A stretch of DNA of 64,000 bases from the human T2T-CHM13v2.0 reference genome, Homo sapiens. The stretch's first letter is position 1, and the number at the start of each line of letters is the position of its first letter. The notes beneath the pieces were generated by a model. It was not told the origin of the DNA. It ran no database searches and saw only the letters and a list, made by a program, of their open reading frames with translations. Shown here one piece after another: positions 25,611 to 40,149 of this stretch. A program made the translations under genes and the position numbers. Where the stretch lies: NCBI RefSeq assembly GCF_009914755.1, contig NC_060930.1. One strand, 5' to 3'.

Positions 25611-28600
25611 TCTCCTTTTGCACTAACCTGAACTTTTAAACACCATTTCACTGTGACCTAATTTGTTAACCATGGAAACAGGAATCTTGTACTGATTAAT
25701 CTATCTGGATATTTTCCAGCTAATAAAATGATTAACAATGGAATATGTATTAACATGAACATTAGCCCTAAATTATATATTAGTCATAATGTAAGTATGT
25801 CTATATGCAATGACTTCTAATCCTTTAATTTAAAGTCACCTCTAAGAATACCTGGAAATTACATCAACTTATACTGTTGAAAAATTCTAATATGATGTTA
25901 TATTTTCAGAAAAAAACATTAAAGTACTTTTCTTTTGATTTTAAATGAATATTTAAAACTAGTTTTCTTACATTTTAAGAAGAATGTCTCAAGCTAATAG
26001 TACATAGTTGGTAGATACCTGTCAAAAGCCAGTTACCATGGGACTTCTTGATGTAGGAGTTCTGATACCAACTGTTTACATTTCATCATCAATCTAACAC
26101 TCAGTAATTTGTACCATAAATTCTTGAAAATACAAATATAATTCAAAGAGTAAAAATGTGCCATAAAAATGCCAATAAATGCCTTTTGTTTTTATGCAGT
26201 AGACTTTTATATTAGAAATACACTATTTGTGTCAGGTTGTTCATTTAACATTGCTTACTTTCATTTTACACTCTCTTGTGTGACTAATGAGAAGGGCAAG
26301 GAAATGAGCAGAGTAATTTTAAGGTAAGCTATCCTCCTTTCCAATTTTCTTTTCCACAGTTTTACAGGCCACTGATATTCAGCATGATTCATATACGTGT
26401 TAAAAAATCCCCAGAGCACAGCATTCCCTTGTTTATCTCTAGGAACCCTGATGATCCTTTTGATTAATTCCAAATTCAATTTACAGAGAGCTTTAACAAT
26501 GCAAAGGTATGGTTTCGATTTCTCCAGATCTATTTATGGAAAACCTTGCATAATCTCTGCTAAAATATCAAGTCTTACCTTTGATAGGTAATTCATGACC
26601 AAGGTCAAAGAGAGAGCAGTGATCCCTGAGGGACCACCCACCTTGGGCTGACTAGAGTAATACATTGTGAAAAAATGATTTGAATTATGCATGCAGCAGT
26701 ACAGGCATGACACTGTCATTTAGTTGGTGCTAAAAAAAGATCTGGTGCACAGTAAATACAACTGATTTTTATGTATCTTGGAAGATGACACTTTATTATG
26801 AAGTATGTCACAGTCATCCTCTCTGGCTGCTAAGACATCTAAAGTCATGTCTGTTTTGCAACCTTCCCTCCAGATTACAATTCTGAAGGGCAGTTAGTGA
26901 CAAGTGAGCAGTGTTTTGTCAAGCTATTCAGTTTATACAGATGGAATGCTGTTTTGCTCACGAAATCCATTACAAGTGCAAATATGTGACTAAATGGACC
27001 GGTGTTTTAGATGGGAGTGCAGCCAGTAACCAGAATATTTTAAAGAGTAACTTTATTGAACACAACTCAACCATTCCTCATTTCTTTCTGGTGCTCACCT
27101 GTTCCTCCTACCCCATTCTAGCTTACATTATTTTGAGTGTAGCATTAAAAGAACTAGTTCCCATAGGAACTCTCTTACGGATACAAACCCATTCGGTTCC
27201 ACATATGAAAGGCTAGAATGGGCCTAGCCTTTTAGTATAGGTATAGTATCATTTTTTTCTTCTGATGTTAAAGGGTACGTCAGAGATTTCCAAGCTCTAG
27301 TTTAAAAGTGATGATTTAAAAAAACAGTTCTTAAAAATCCTAGGGAATAAAATAATAAATATGATGCACAATAAAAAAAATAAAAATGATCTTGCTCTTT
27401 TCAAGGGAAAATATTGTGTTTTACTGGACATCAGTCATGAAGAAAGGATGGTAGTCAGATCAGTCATTTAAAACCTTGTTTCCATTATACTGCCAACTAA
27501 ATCAAGAAGCAGAGAGTAATGCAAAAGGGAAAACAAATGGTTGTCCCTTAATACAGAAAATGCGTGGTAAGCACCATGCTGGCGGGTTCTAGTGTCATTA
27601 ATCTTTTCCTACAGTGCAAATTGTCACCATCACAGCTCCAGTGACACACATGCTCCCAAGTCTGCATTAAGGATGAAGAATAACTTTGTAATGTTTTGAA
27701 AGCTGTCTAGCTTCATGAGTAGATTGTCCTTTCTCTCCTAGATAAAAATCAAAACATATCCATGATAATGGATAATGGATTTGAATTTTAAAATATTTCT
27801 TCATTTTTTAAGTGATGTAGCCCATTTTCTTTCTGAGGAGCTAAGATTCCTCTGTCTTAAAGGAAACTTACATTAAAGTTTGGCAGGGCCTCAACTAATG
27901 GTATTCAAGAAAACTAAAAAATGATCTTGCAAGATGTTTTATCTTTAGACCATGTAGATGGAATGTACTCTATCTCCCAAATCCATGGCATGGATAATTT
28001 TTCTTAACAAAATGACAATGCCAAAGATTTCCCAAATTGCTGAAAGCATTTTCCAACCAAGACTTCATTTTAAAGATGTCTTTATTACTAAAATATTCTT
28101 AATTGAGTAATAATAATATGAAAGTGTCATAATCATAAGGCATTTTGTTCAGGGTTCTGTAATTTGTCCTTTTTTTCTAGTTATCTATTCCTTCCTCTGT
28201 TTCAACAGTCTATATCATCAGAGAACCATCAGGGTGATGAAGACCATACTGAGTCAGAGTGATGAATTACAGAAGCCTCAGAAAACCCTGCCAAAGTATA
28301 CACTATATAGTCATAGCCAAAATGGCCACTCTTGCTTTAAAGCACAATTGCATAAATCCCCCCGATTTATTTGTCCAGGAAGTTAACTGTGGAAAAATAA
28401 TGTGACAGTAAATTGGTGAGAAAGCAGAACACTTGTGGAAAGAAACTGAATTGAAAAATGATGAAGGTAACAGACATTTATGATAATATAACAATATGAA
28501 ACTCATTGGGCTATTAGCCTCAGGAGAGGGTCTAAAACACAAGCCTGGATTTCTTCATAACAGCAAGTACAGAATTCACAGAACCTTGAGGTGTGTGTGT

Positions 28601-30769
28601 GTGTGAAGACAACTTAAATGTGTTCAATAAGAAAAAAAACTGGTTGTGTAATAAACAAGTATAGAAAACTCAGTTAATTCAATTAGATCAAATTCTCCAA
28701 AAGAAGTCTATGTATTTATGTATTTTTCAGTACAAACTGAGCATCAAACCCAAGATGAGTATTTCCTATTTTCCCCGTTATTAGGTAAGCTGGGATGAAA
28801 CTTGCCTTAATTTGAATGCTTAGTCCATTTATCTGTACCAATTTTAAAAATATAGATTTTCAAAAGTATTAATCTCCAATAAAAGTAATAAAATAAAATA
28901 AAATAAAATAGAGGAGGGAAAAAGCAAAGAATGGTAGAGTAAAAGAAAAAATGCTACCTATACCTTATCTTAAGGTTGAGCTTAAATAGCTTTCGAGATG
29001 CTTTTACAATGCCTCACAGAATTATGTCAGATATAACACATGGAAAGAGTGAAAAAAATACGGCCTCTGGTGCAGTTCAGCTGGCTTCCAACCCTTAGAA
29101 TTGTGAGTTCAAAATGAAAAAAAATGAAAGTATTCAGGAACAGAGGAAAGATATACCAATCATACTAGGGAAGACTCATTAAGAAAAAAATATTTTAACA
29201 GTCTCAGGGCAGAAAGGACTTCACAGTAATAAGAAAGGGCAAACAAACCACATTTACATAACTGAGCCTTAGTTATAAGACAAATCAGGTAGAGGATAAA
29301 CGCAGCACATAGTCTGTTCATGTATATCAGCAACACGGAATATAAACAAGACCATTCTTCTGGACCTGAATTCATAAGTCTTCAAAGGAAGGGGAGAAAA
29401 ATGTTATTTTTCCCAAATCCAAATGAATTACATGCTATTAATAAATGTGAGCAGGTGCCCTACAGCACCTGGCTTCACAAAAAAATTAAGTTTGTCTTAG
29501 GAAAACCAGACAAACAGCACTTGCAAATCTGTATATACCAAACACATGGTGTATCTATTTTTGACAAAACTGGTGCAACCATACTACCCAAGAACTAAGT
29601 GGTCTTCCACAAATACCCAGTCCTTCTTTATTCTCCCTTTTCCTGCCACAGTTTCCCCTTAAACTACTCTTCCTGAGACCCTCTACTTTAACAGTCTTTT
29701 TCAACCGGATGCAGAACCACAAGAAACATGGACTTTGCTGAGTTGTAAGAACATTCAAAATACAAAGAATTTTCTTCCTGAACCTCAAGTTCAGAACCCA
29801 GCAATCACAGCCAACCTAACTCTCAGATTCTTACCATACTTTGAAGTATGCTGACTTTTTTGTTCTCAATTATGTCCTAATAGCACCCACATTTTACCAA
29901 TTTTAATATTAATATATGTCACTTTCTCATAAGGAATGTATAACCTAACATCTTTAGTCTTTTGGCTTTATACATTACTTTGGCAAGTGGTATTTTCAGC
30001 TTTCAAACAGTTTTGAGCAGTAATGCATTTATCTGTAGATTGGCAAAGGAGAATAAGAAAGATGAGATGTGTGGCATTAAATCAAATCCTCTAACTGAAG
30101 CTCAAATTTTTAGGAATCACTAACATAAACATTTCAGTTTCTCAAAATGTCCTGCCAAAGCAAATACAAAAAATAATTTTAAAAGAGTAGTGTACACATT
30201 AACATATATAATTTATAGAGACTTACTCTACTGGATCAGAAACATTATAAGTCTATAGTTAAATACAACCCAGTAGGTAGTGTTTTTTAAACTCTAATAA
30301 AGTCATATTAAACTACAGTAACTACCTGTAGAGGCATTTCACTTGTTTGCCCCTCAGTGCCAAGTTGTTTTCTAATTTCACCACCTTCCTGAGCATCTGC
30401 ATCATAATTCCAGCCACCTGTGGATATTTCTAACTAGCTTTTTTGCCAGAATCTCAATTTTGACATAAAAAGGAAAAGCGGCCATCATTTTCTGAAAATA
30501 AACCTGCTCATCCTCCTGTAATCTGTGTCTTTATCACGGGCAGAGCCACTGTTCTTTTTATGTGACTATAAAAGAAAGTGTGATCTCTGCCTCTTCTTTT
30601 TCCGGGTATCAGTGCTGAAATTTTGGGGTATTATCTTGGTGGCTTCTCTGAAATCTTCTCCCTCATTTTAATTCCTGGCATCCTTTTCTAATAAGGAGTT
30701 CAGTTTTTCACTGAGAATATGTCTAAAATCTCTTTCCACTCTGTGTCATCATTGGTTACTAAATGTCCA

Positions 30770-31330
30770 ATAAACATTCAAATATCTTCTGGACACTTGC
30801 TATGTAATGGTATTGGACAAATATTGAATTACACAGAGATGTTACTGTCTCTATGGAGCTCAATATCTAGTGAAAAGAACAGACAAGCAATGAATCTTTC
30901 ACTTAGCTAATTAATCAATAGGCAAATGAATAAATACTGACAATGACAAGAAATGGTGACAAGTGTCATGAAAGTGGTCAGGAATAGTCTTTCTGAAAAG
31001 GCAGACACTAAGTTGAACAATAATAAGAATTAAACAAAAATAAGGAGACAGCCAAACAAAGAGCACTAAGTAAAGTATTACAAGGAAAGAAAGAAAATAC
31101 GCCAAGGCCCTTAAATTTGAGGAAATGAAAGCGGGTCAGTGTGGCTAGAGGACAGAGAAAGGGGAGAGTTGCAGATAAGGAAGGAAAGCTTGTGAAGGGC
31201 TGAATCATGTAAGGTCTTACTGGGTAGAAACAGGAGTTGATATTTTATTGCAAGTAAATAGGTCTTTGGAGTGCTACAGGGAAAGAAATATAATTTCATT
31301 TATATGTACAATTATTCTGTCTGATATTAG
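30770..31330 (-). mobile_element. L2a 3' region
   Basis: ctgtctctatggagctcaatatctagtg...ggtcagtgtggctagag...gggctgaatcatgtaagg. Confidence 0.7.
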
Positions 31331-32044
31331 AGTATATGGACAAGTCTAAAGTCAAAACACACGGCAGATAAATTAAGCCATCTGATATTTCAAATCACTC
31401 TGTGCTCTCCAATGTGCTTGCCTACAATGCTCAACATTCTGTGCCTGCTAATATCAAACTCATCATTCATATTACAGTCTATAGGAATCCCCTGAGCACT
31501 AAACTCTAATCAACATTTACATTATGTATCAATTATAGCATTGATTGCTTTCTTCCTAAATACTCCAGTTATGTATTAAACTTTGTATTGGAGATTCCCT
31601 CCCCACTTCCTCTCTTCTTGATTCCTTTCCTTCCTTCATCCATCACCCTCTCTTCATCCATCCTTCAATTTTTTACTGAGCATTACTATGCTAAAGGCAT
31701 TATTCAAGTGCAGGGTCCTTATAAAATCTTATTTCTATATCACCTACACAGTGGTTTGCACATTTTAGTTGAAAGAAACTTTTAGTATTCTAGTGAAAAT
31801 TATTGAACTGACTTGTTTATATGTGCCAGTTATAAAATTAAATTGTATTTTCCACTAGAAATATTAAAAGAAACTCAAGAAATGCCATCAATTTAGTATT
31901 TTGAAATCACTATTTTAATATAATTTTTTAAATTTATATTTAATTTTCTTCATGATAAGTGGAAAAAGTAGACAGAATAGAAATACTTCTTAAAATAACT
32001 TTTAATTCTGAAATCAGTCCAATTTTCCCAAAAAGTGATGTCTA

Positions 32045-32497
32045 TGGTATATTTTGAATAAATATAAAAATTGACCCTCTAGTCTTAAAACTTGAGAAAG
32101 TTAGTTGTCTTATATGAGTTCCTTTCTCGGGAAACCAACCTCTGGCCTCCTAGATGGTGTCAAGGAACTGAAACTTACCAAATCATCACATCTGGACAAT
32201 GACATGCCAGATGCCTCACCCATCATGACTGCCTAACTGACCACCTGCTTCCTGTTGACAAACTCCTTTTCCTTTCCCCTCCCTCATTTGCTTTCCCACA
32301 CGTTTATGTTTTTTCCCTGCAATATACAACCTTAATTTTAGTCCATTATGGAGACAGATTTCAGACTGATCTTCAATCTCCTTGGCCACAGTACATGAAT
32401 AAAGCCTTCTTCCCTGTCAATATTCATTGTCTCAGTGATTGGCTTTCTGTGCAGCCAGTAGCAGGACCAAGGCAGAACCCCTGACAATTTGGTAATA
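32045..32497 (+). mobile_element. MER39-family ERV1 solo LTR
   Basis: gaactgaaacttacc...aataaagccttcttccctg...ttgtctcagtgattggctttctgtgc...ggtaata. Confidence 0.85.
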
Positions 32498-33182
32498 ATT
32501 CTACAACAAGTAATTGTGTTTTTTCTATATTTTCTTATGGCTTTGCATATATATATATAAATGTGTATATAATATATGTATATATTAACAGATTTCTCAC
32601 TATTGGGAATATACTAAGGATACAGTTGTATACCTTTTTCATTAACATTTTATCTTAAGAATTTTTCTAGAAATATATATAAAATTTTTCTCTAAAATGA
32701 CTTACAATTATTTAATTTCTTTGTTTTCAGGGAGTTTTAGTTTATGTCCAGATTTCTTATTAGAAATAATTTTATAAGAAAATATTCTGATACATAAATC
32801 ACGTCTTTGATTTTTCCCTAAAATGCAGAAGTATGATAAAGGTGAGGCACACATTTTTAAATTGCCTTGGCAACAGGGCCCATGTCTCCCCATTCCCCTC
32901 TCTAGCCCCCTGAGTTGTAGTGCCTTGAACAGACTGACCACTCCAACTGAATGAAAGAAAGAGGGATAAATACATGTTTATCTAAAAATATTGTTTTTTC
33001 CTTTAAATAAACTAGTGAATATTTCCACAGTGTCCTAACAGTCTGGTATATAAAATTTAAACCCTCCTCCTAGTTTTCCTATTAATCCACTATTATCTGT
33101 GTTCTTTCTAGTTCAGCCTCTTCAATAGTACTTTTTCTTGGGAAGAAACACATTGCAGGTGCATGTTGGTTGCTCTAGTCCC

Positions 33183-33365
33183 TGGGAAGCAGCACAACAT
33201 AATGACCTTGAAGTTAGCTGATGGATCTTTAAATCTAGGTTTTGTCACCTTTTAGCTGTGTCACCTTGCTTGAGGGACTGAATCTCCCTAAGTCACAGTT
33301 TTCTCTTCTTTGAAAAAAGATGACATCCACTTCACAGTGTTGCCTTTGAGGATATGTAGAAAAAG
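33183..33365 (+). mobile_element. MIR
   Basis: ttagctgtgtcaccttg...gaatctccctaagtcacagttttctc. Confidence 0.65.
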
Positions 33366-33397
33366 CTCTAGATGATATACCTGGCTCATCTGAAGAA

Positions 33398-33705
<308 letters not shown>

Positions 33706-34852
33706 TAATAAAAATCTCCTAATATTATTATTATATTATCATTAATGGATAATAAAAGATATTCTAGGGGATGAAGGAAGGCATCGAACTATTTTCCTTG
33801 AATTGCATAAACTGTCAGAGGTAAAAGAATCATTGCATTTTTTAAAATAAAATATCTAATTTTACATAAATATTACTTGTAAAGATTAGTGCACATATAT
33901 GAAAAATTTCCTTCATATATTTAAGTCTATGTTTTTGAGGAATCCTAATAAACAGTTTAAAGTAAGATAAGAAACGGCAAACTTATATCTCATTACAGAT
34001 TTTATATACCAACATGGGCTAGTTCTCATGTAGATGAAAGAGCCTTAATATATAGATTTCAATTAAACCCATAAGTAGCAAAATACTATAAATTTAAACC
34101 AGTGGAAAAAAAACTGTTACAACTCAATTTTCATTATACAGAATTGAATATATACAAAAAACTGTGTTGGTGAATTGATAAAGTGAAAATCTTATCCTTC
34201 ATTAGCCCACACTAATTTTTCCACTTTCTTGCCTCAAGGGGAGATACATTATTAACATGGTTCTCCATCCAATACCACAAAACTTTTAATTGTATAGGAA
34301 ATGAAGTCTCCTCCCTGATATACATTCAAAAAGCTCAGGAGCACCTTTCCTTTTCCTTGGAAATAACGGACGCCTAAGCCTTTTTCATTAAAACAAAAGA
34401 GAATTTTGACTTAAACAGTTAATTTCATAGATAATAATTTTTTCAACACATGAGCGCTCTTTTCTCTCTGCTTTGCAATACATCCACTGGTAATAAGGGA
34501 AAGGTGGGTTAGGCTAAACTAATTGCAACATGAGTGATAAAGACAATTACAAAGGAAAGCAGTTAACATTTTTTGTACTCTAAAGTGGAATTGAAGGGTA
34601 GTACTTCCTACTCTTCAATTAAATTAATTTTGACAGAAGACAAACTATATTTAATTTTTCTGGGAAAAAAAAAACTCCCAGTGATTCCTCATGTTTTGGT
34701 AGAAAAACTTATCTTCCTGGGTGTGTGTCTGATGACTTATTTGCTTATAGTCACTACCAAGAACCACTCATATAAGATAAACAGTTCTGCTCTGCCTGCT
34801 TGCTCAGCTCTCCTCCTGCACCAGCCTTGCTGCCACTCCATTGGAGGAAAAA

Positions 34853-35401
34853 TCTCAGAAGCTTTTAAACCAGAACTACTCTCTATCTTGTATAGAGGCT
34901 ACTTAAAATAAACCTGAGACCCACTGGGCTGCATTCCCAGAGAGTTAGGCATTCTGATTCACAGGATGAGACAGAAGGTCTGCACAAGATACAGTTCATA
35001 AAGACCTTGCTGATAAAACAGGTTGCAGTAAATACGTTGGCTAAAACCCCCCAAAACCAAGAGGGTGATAAGAGTGACCTCTGGTCATCCTCACTGCTAC
35101 ACTCCCTTGAGTGCCATAACAGTGTACAACTGCCAGTGCAACATCGGGAAGTTACCCTATATGGTCTAAAAAGGTGAGGCATAAATAACCCACCCTTTGT
35201 TTAGCATATAATCAATAAATAACCATAAAAATCAGCAACCAGCAGCCCTTGGGGCTTCTCTGCCAATGGAGTAGCCATTCTTTATTCCTTTACTTTCTTA
35301 ATAAGCTTGCTTTCGCTTTATGGACTTGCCTCTAATTCTTTCTTGCACAAGAACCAAGAACCCTCTCTTGGGGACTGGATCAGGACCCCTTTCCAGAAAC
35401 A
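34853..35401 (+). mobile_element. MER41A ERV1 solo LTR
   Basis: gggctgcattcccaga...gaccttgctgataaaacagg...ggatcaggacccctttcc; lacks the MER41B GAS-containing segment. Confidence 0.9.
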
Positions 35402-36550
35402 AAAATGAAACTAACAAACAAGCAAAATCCTGAGCAAAAAAATAGTTTTTGGGGACATGAAGGTGAAGAAGCATATGCCTGTTAGCCATGAAAATCAGGA
35501 ATGACTCAGACAAACTTATCCCAAGGCAAGACATCTAACTGAGCTAGTATGTCTTCAGAGTAGCATCACTGTATCCAAAATATCTTCTGGCCCTCAGCTT
35601 GAATTATATGCATCCTTTAGTAAACTGCTAAATTTAAAAGCTTGAGGATTCAGTTGACTTAAGAAACCTCTCTGTTGATAATGAAAACTTGCCTAAGAGG
35701 GTTATAGATTCTTTTTCAGCCATTTACACACGTGTTTACGTTTGTTCAACAGGATGCATTCCTTCTCACACTAAGCTGGGACAGGTACACAGAAGAAATG
35801 GCAAAGATTTAATACACAGGAGCACAGCACATAAATTTGTACATTGAATTAAAGGAGCATAGTAGGGCAAAAATTTAGTTTCACAGAATATGACCAGGGC
35901 ATACAGGGTGCTGAAAAGAGGCAAACAGAGAAAAGGTACAGAAAAACATACAGCACTAAACAAATGAGTTATATTCATCACACGTTCAAGTTCAGTCCTA
36001 TATCCAGGAAAAAGGAAGTAGGCTTTCTTTCCTTATTACCTGACCACACAGCATTTATCTCTGCTGTTAGGAACCAGAACATGGGCTACTAATACAATTC
36101 TTTCAAGCTATAGATTGATTCATTCAAGCTATAGATCATCGTTGGGTTGACCAGGAACCCAATCAACTAATTATGTTCTTAATTGTAGGTTAAAAATGTG
36201 CCCAATGTTCCAGACTACTTAAGGATTATGTTCTTATTTTTTTAAAAAGTAATAATACAGTAAAAATATCTGTAATTGGATATTTTGTGATAATTTAACT
36301 AAAATATATATTTATTGTTATTATTTTTAATGTATTTATCAAGAACTTGTAAGAGAAAATGCAAATTAAAAGCATGAGGCTTAACTCTCCCTGTTGAAAG
36401 TAGCGAAGAAATTTTCCTCTTTTCCTTTTTCTTAGAGCACTCACACTGGAAAAGTTAAGCACTTTCTCCTCTCTTTTGAAAACTATATAGGCCTTTGTTG
36501 GTTTTATGATCCATGAATATCTTTCTCAAGGCTCTGAGAGCCATTTCCTT

Positions 36551-36965
36551 TGTTAAATTAAGTTTAGTTTTTGTTATCAGTTTAGCCTAAAGCTGCCTCC
36601 ATACAAATTTTAAGTTTTGCCTAATTTATCCATACGTAATGAACTGTAACCTAACTGATGTAAATAGACTGTAACCTACTCTTGTGCCAATGACAGAGTT
36701 TCAGCCAATCAAAGGTGGCTAACTGTTCAACTTACATTAAAAAATGCAAACATACAACTGTAACCAATTTAACTATTCCTGTACCTCACTTCTGTGCCCT
36801 GTATGCCACTTCTTTTTTGGTCCATAAATCCTCTCTGATGATAGGCAGCACCAAAATCATTCTGAGTCTATTCTCGTTGGAAGTGGGGACTTCCCAGTTT
36901 GTGAACTGTTCTTTGCTTAATTAAACTCTGTTAAATTTAATTTGTCTGAAGTTTTCCTTTCAACA
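36551..36965 (+). mobile_element. MER57-family ERV1 solo LTR, nested
   Basis: tgttaaattaagtttag...gcctaaagctgcctcc...ttaaactctgttaaatttaatttgtc...caaca. Confidence 0.85.
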
Positions 36966-37097
36966 CTTTGAAACACTTAACGTCAATGGAAATTGCACCC
37001 CATCTCCAAGTCTGTTTGGGAGGATAGGAGTCTAATTTCTGGGGGTTCCTTGCTCCAAGTTGCAAAACTACCTCCTGTCATAAACATATGAGAAGTT

Positions 37098-37127
37098 TTG
37101 TTGTTGTTGTTGTTGTTGTTGTTGTTT
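37098..37127. repeat. (TTG)n microsatellite
   Basis: ttgttgttg... run. Confidence 0.9.
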
Positions 37128-40100
37128 TCCTGAATAAAACCAATTAACTAACACAGATGGTCACCCAAATTACCAGGTAAAGTTAGAATGAATTATGTGT
37201 GACAAATGGTGCTGTCAAGTTATCTTACTTGAAGACTTGACGACTAGTTATTGTTTATATCGAAACTTGTATGTAATGGGTTGTAGCTGCTTGGCTATGT
37301 AAGGGGTTGAAGTGTCTTTATGTCTTTGCTGTCTCCTAGCAGGTGGACTGGGATGCATATCCCATTTTAGTTTAATGCTTAATCAATATTAAAGTGTTTT
37401 TCCCCTTCTCTCTCTACTACCTTTGTAAAGAACATTTCTGAGTTGAGAGAAGATTTAGATTTTAAGTATGATTCCCCAACAAACTCAAATTTGTGTCATT
37501 ATATTGTGCCACTGTTTTAATTTACTAATATATGCTCTATTTCATGGAGTGTTTGAGGTTAATTATAAGTATGGATATTTTAAAATATTAATAGAATAAT
37601 GTTTAAAAGGGATGCATTTATAATATATGAGAGAAATGTTTCTAATGCAGAAATGCATTTTATGGGGTCTAAAAAATAAAACGAGCTGTACTTCATTACA
37701 GACAAAGAATAAGGAAAACATAATCACTTATAAGATTCATGCTGCCCATGAGACAACAACAAACCAATTGCTCAACAAAAGTGAAAATTTTCCTGGCATA
37801 GAGTTCTTAGATGCATTTGTCTTGAATATTCATAAAAGGCAGAGTGATTTTGTGGAAAATTATCTCAGCACCCTTCCTATAATACAAGGAATAATTCCAT
37901 GCAGTTGTTTATATAGTGTCAATCAATGCAATTCAAGAGCACGATCTCAAATCAAATGCAGTAAAAGCAAGAAAACATTGAAACAATGAGTATCAAATGT
38001 CTACTCTCTTGTGGTCTGTCTGTGGGTTACATTTTAAACTTTGAGAGCACTAGATTACTCTTCATGCATTCATCCTTGAATGTTGTTTCTTCCTGGCAGA
38101 GAAAAGCAATTCAAGGTTCTATTCCCTAGCAAGAACCTGGATGCAGACATTCTGTGCTGATGCTCAAAGTCAGATTCACATACTTTACAAGTAAATAAAT
38201 AAATTAGAGGTTAGTTTCTTATGGAAATGGTGTGACCAAACCAGTACTTCTCTTATTCAAATGAATAGACTGATTAAATAATGGAATATCTTCTGGCCAA
38301 GATATTCCATTTGTGCCAATATATCAAAAAGATAACCTGTAAATCTTAGTGATGCATAAACAAAATAAAAATAAGGCAAAAATAAAACAAAAGCTTCAAA
38401 AAGCTGGGTAAAATGTAACAAATATTAAAAAAACTACATAGGCAAGCATTCATGAAGAAACGTTCCTGGGGTCCCAAATTAGAGCAAGCCCCAAAACAAA
38501 GAGCATTCAGCTAGTGCTGCAGCAGCCTCTAAGAGGTTTGCCTTTCTCAGGATCATCAGGGCTTTAGTTGAAATGATATGTGGGGAAAGGAGATGAGACC
38601 ATGGACCCAAGGGAGGTGGAAAGCTGGTAGCAATATCATCATATAAATCAGAGACATTTAAAAGGCTTTCCCAATATTGATGGAATGGATTAGAAAAAGT
38701 TGTCTGATTTACAATTCTTCTCTTACTTTAAGCTGTATGCCCAACCACCCATACCCATCTTCTAAGGCAATTCACTATCCAAAAGCAACAGGAAAGTTTG
38801 AAAAAAAAAAAAAAAGAAATCATGTGTTACATGACGTTGAGGGCAACTACACCACTGATACACAGACTGTTATTTTCTGATCCCTTCTTCTTACAAACGT
38901 CTAGAGTTCCACATTTCTTTCATCAGTATCATAATTCTTCATCCCACTAAACTCAAAATTTAGGCACATCTATTCAACCTGCCCACATACACACCTAGAT
39001 CATAAAGTGTTACTCTCTCTACATGTTTCTTTTCCTTGAACCTAAGGGAGCAGCCCGGTGTATGTATGTGTTTGTGTGTATGTATAAAACATTAAGTGTA
39101 TATAATGTATATAAGTGAATTATATACATTAATGTCTATATTAAATATACACATTGTATGTGTATGTAAAACATTAAGTGTGTATATAAAACATTAAGTA
39201 ACATTAAGTAACTTAACTTATTTTAAGTTTTTAATGTAAATGACTTAAAATAAGACATTAAATTATTTTATAATTTCCAATTTTTAAAGATTATTGAAAT
39301 TTAAAAACCATTTCTATTTTAAGTGATAACAAAATACTAAAGTAAAATACTATTAAATAAGAAACACATGGAAGTGGGAGGGACACAAATTTACTTAGTT
39401 CGTTGAGCATACACTTCCCATGAATATATAATATAAGATCTTACCTGAGAAATTACATTCCTTTGCTATAAAGGAAATACAGTACAACCAATTTTAACTT
39501 GCATTGGCAAACGTCTAGGAATGAGCTAGCTTCACTGGAGTTTTCCATGGTTCTAGCCCTCAGCCATAGTGAAGAGTTGGAATTTTTTAAGAAGAAATTT
39601 GGAAACAAATAAAGAAGTCTGAAGTTTGTGAGCCTAAGCCTGTTATTATCATTAAAATTTAAGGAACTATTGATTTGCTTTTTTAATTAATTCAGAAAAT
39701 TATCCATACTTTGTTTTTCAACTTTATGAAAGATGGTAATAAAATCGTAAGCTTTTTACGTATGCAATATATGATTTATTGATTATCTTTGAGAGTTCTT
39801 AATTTATAAAGAGGAAAAAGGACAAGTAACACATTGGACACAAAGTTAGTATTTGACCAAGATGCTGGTCTAAAGAATGTCTCATTGACTATGAGGCAAG
39901 AGAGAAGGAAACCAGATACTTACACCTTAACAGCAAGAAAAATAATAAAAGCAAGTTTAATGTGACTCTCTTATTTATATTCAGGGTTGTGGAAGGCCTT
40001 TCTAAAATACCGTATCACTGAAAATTCTACAAATCTAACTAAAAAACAATCTATAACATTTACTCTTATATTTTGAATAAAATTTCTCAAGTAAGACATG

Positions 40101-40149
40101 AAAAATATATTGGGTTAATATCATTAATTTTTATAAGCCTTACATCATG

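Larger units (their letters stand above)
36348..37481 (+). mobile_element. ERV1-class solo LTR (subfamily uncertain), interrupted by MER57
   Basis: TG...CA ends with perfect 4-bp TSD aact (36344-47, 37482-85); halves are colinear across the insertion. Confidence 0.8.

Noticed and set aside
34853-35401. MER41 as an interferon-inducible STAT1 enhancer
   Set aside because: This copy is A-type and lacks the tandem TTCCnGGAA GAS segment known from MER41B
37627-37989. 120-aa ORF in unique sequence
   Set aside because: No recognisable homology, promoter or splice context; compatible with chance
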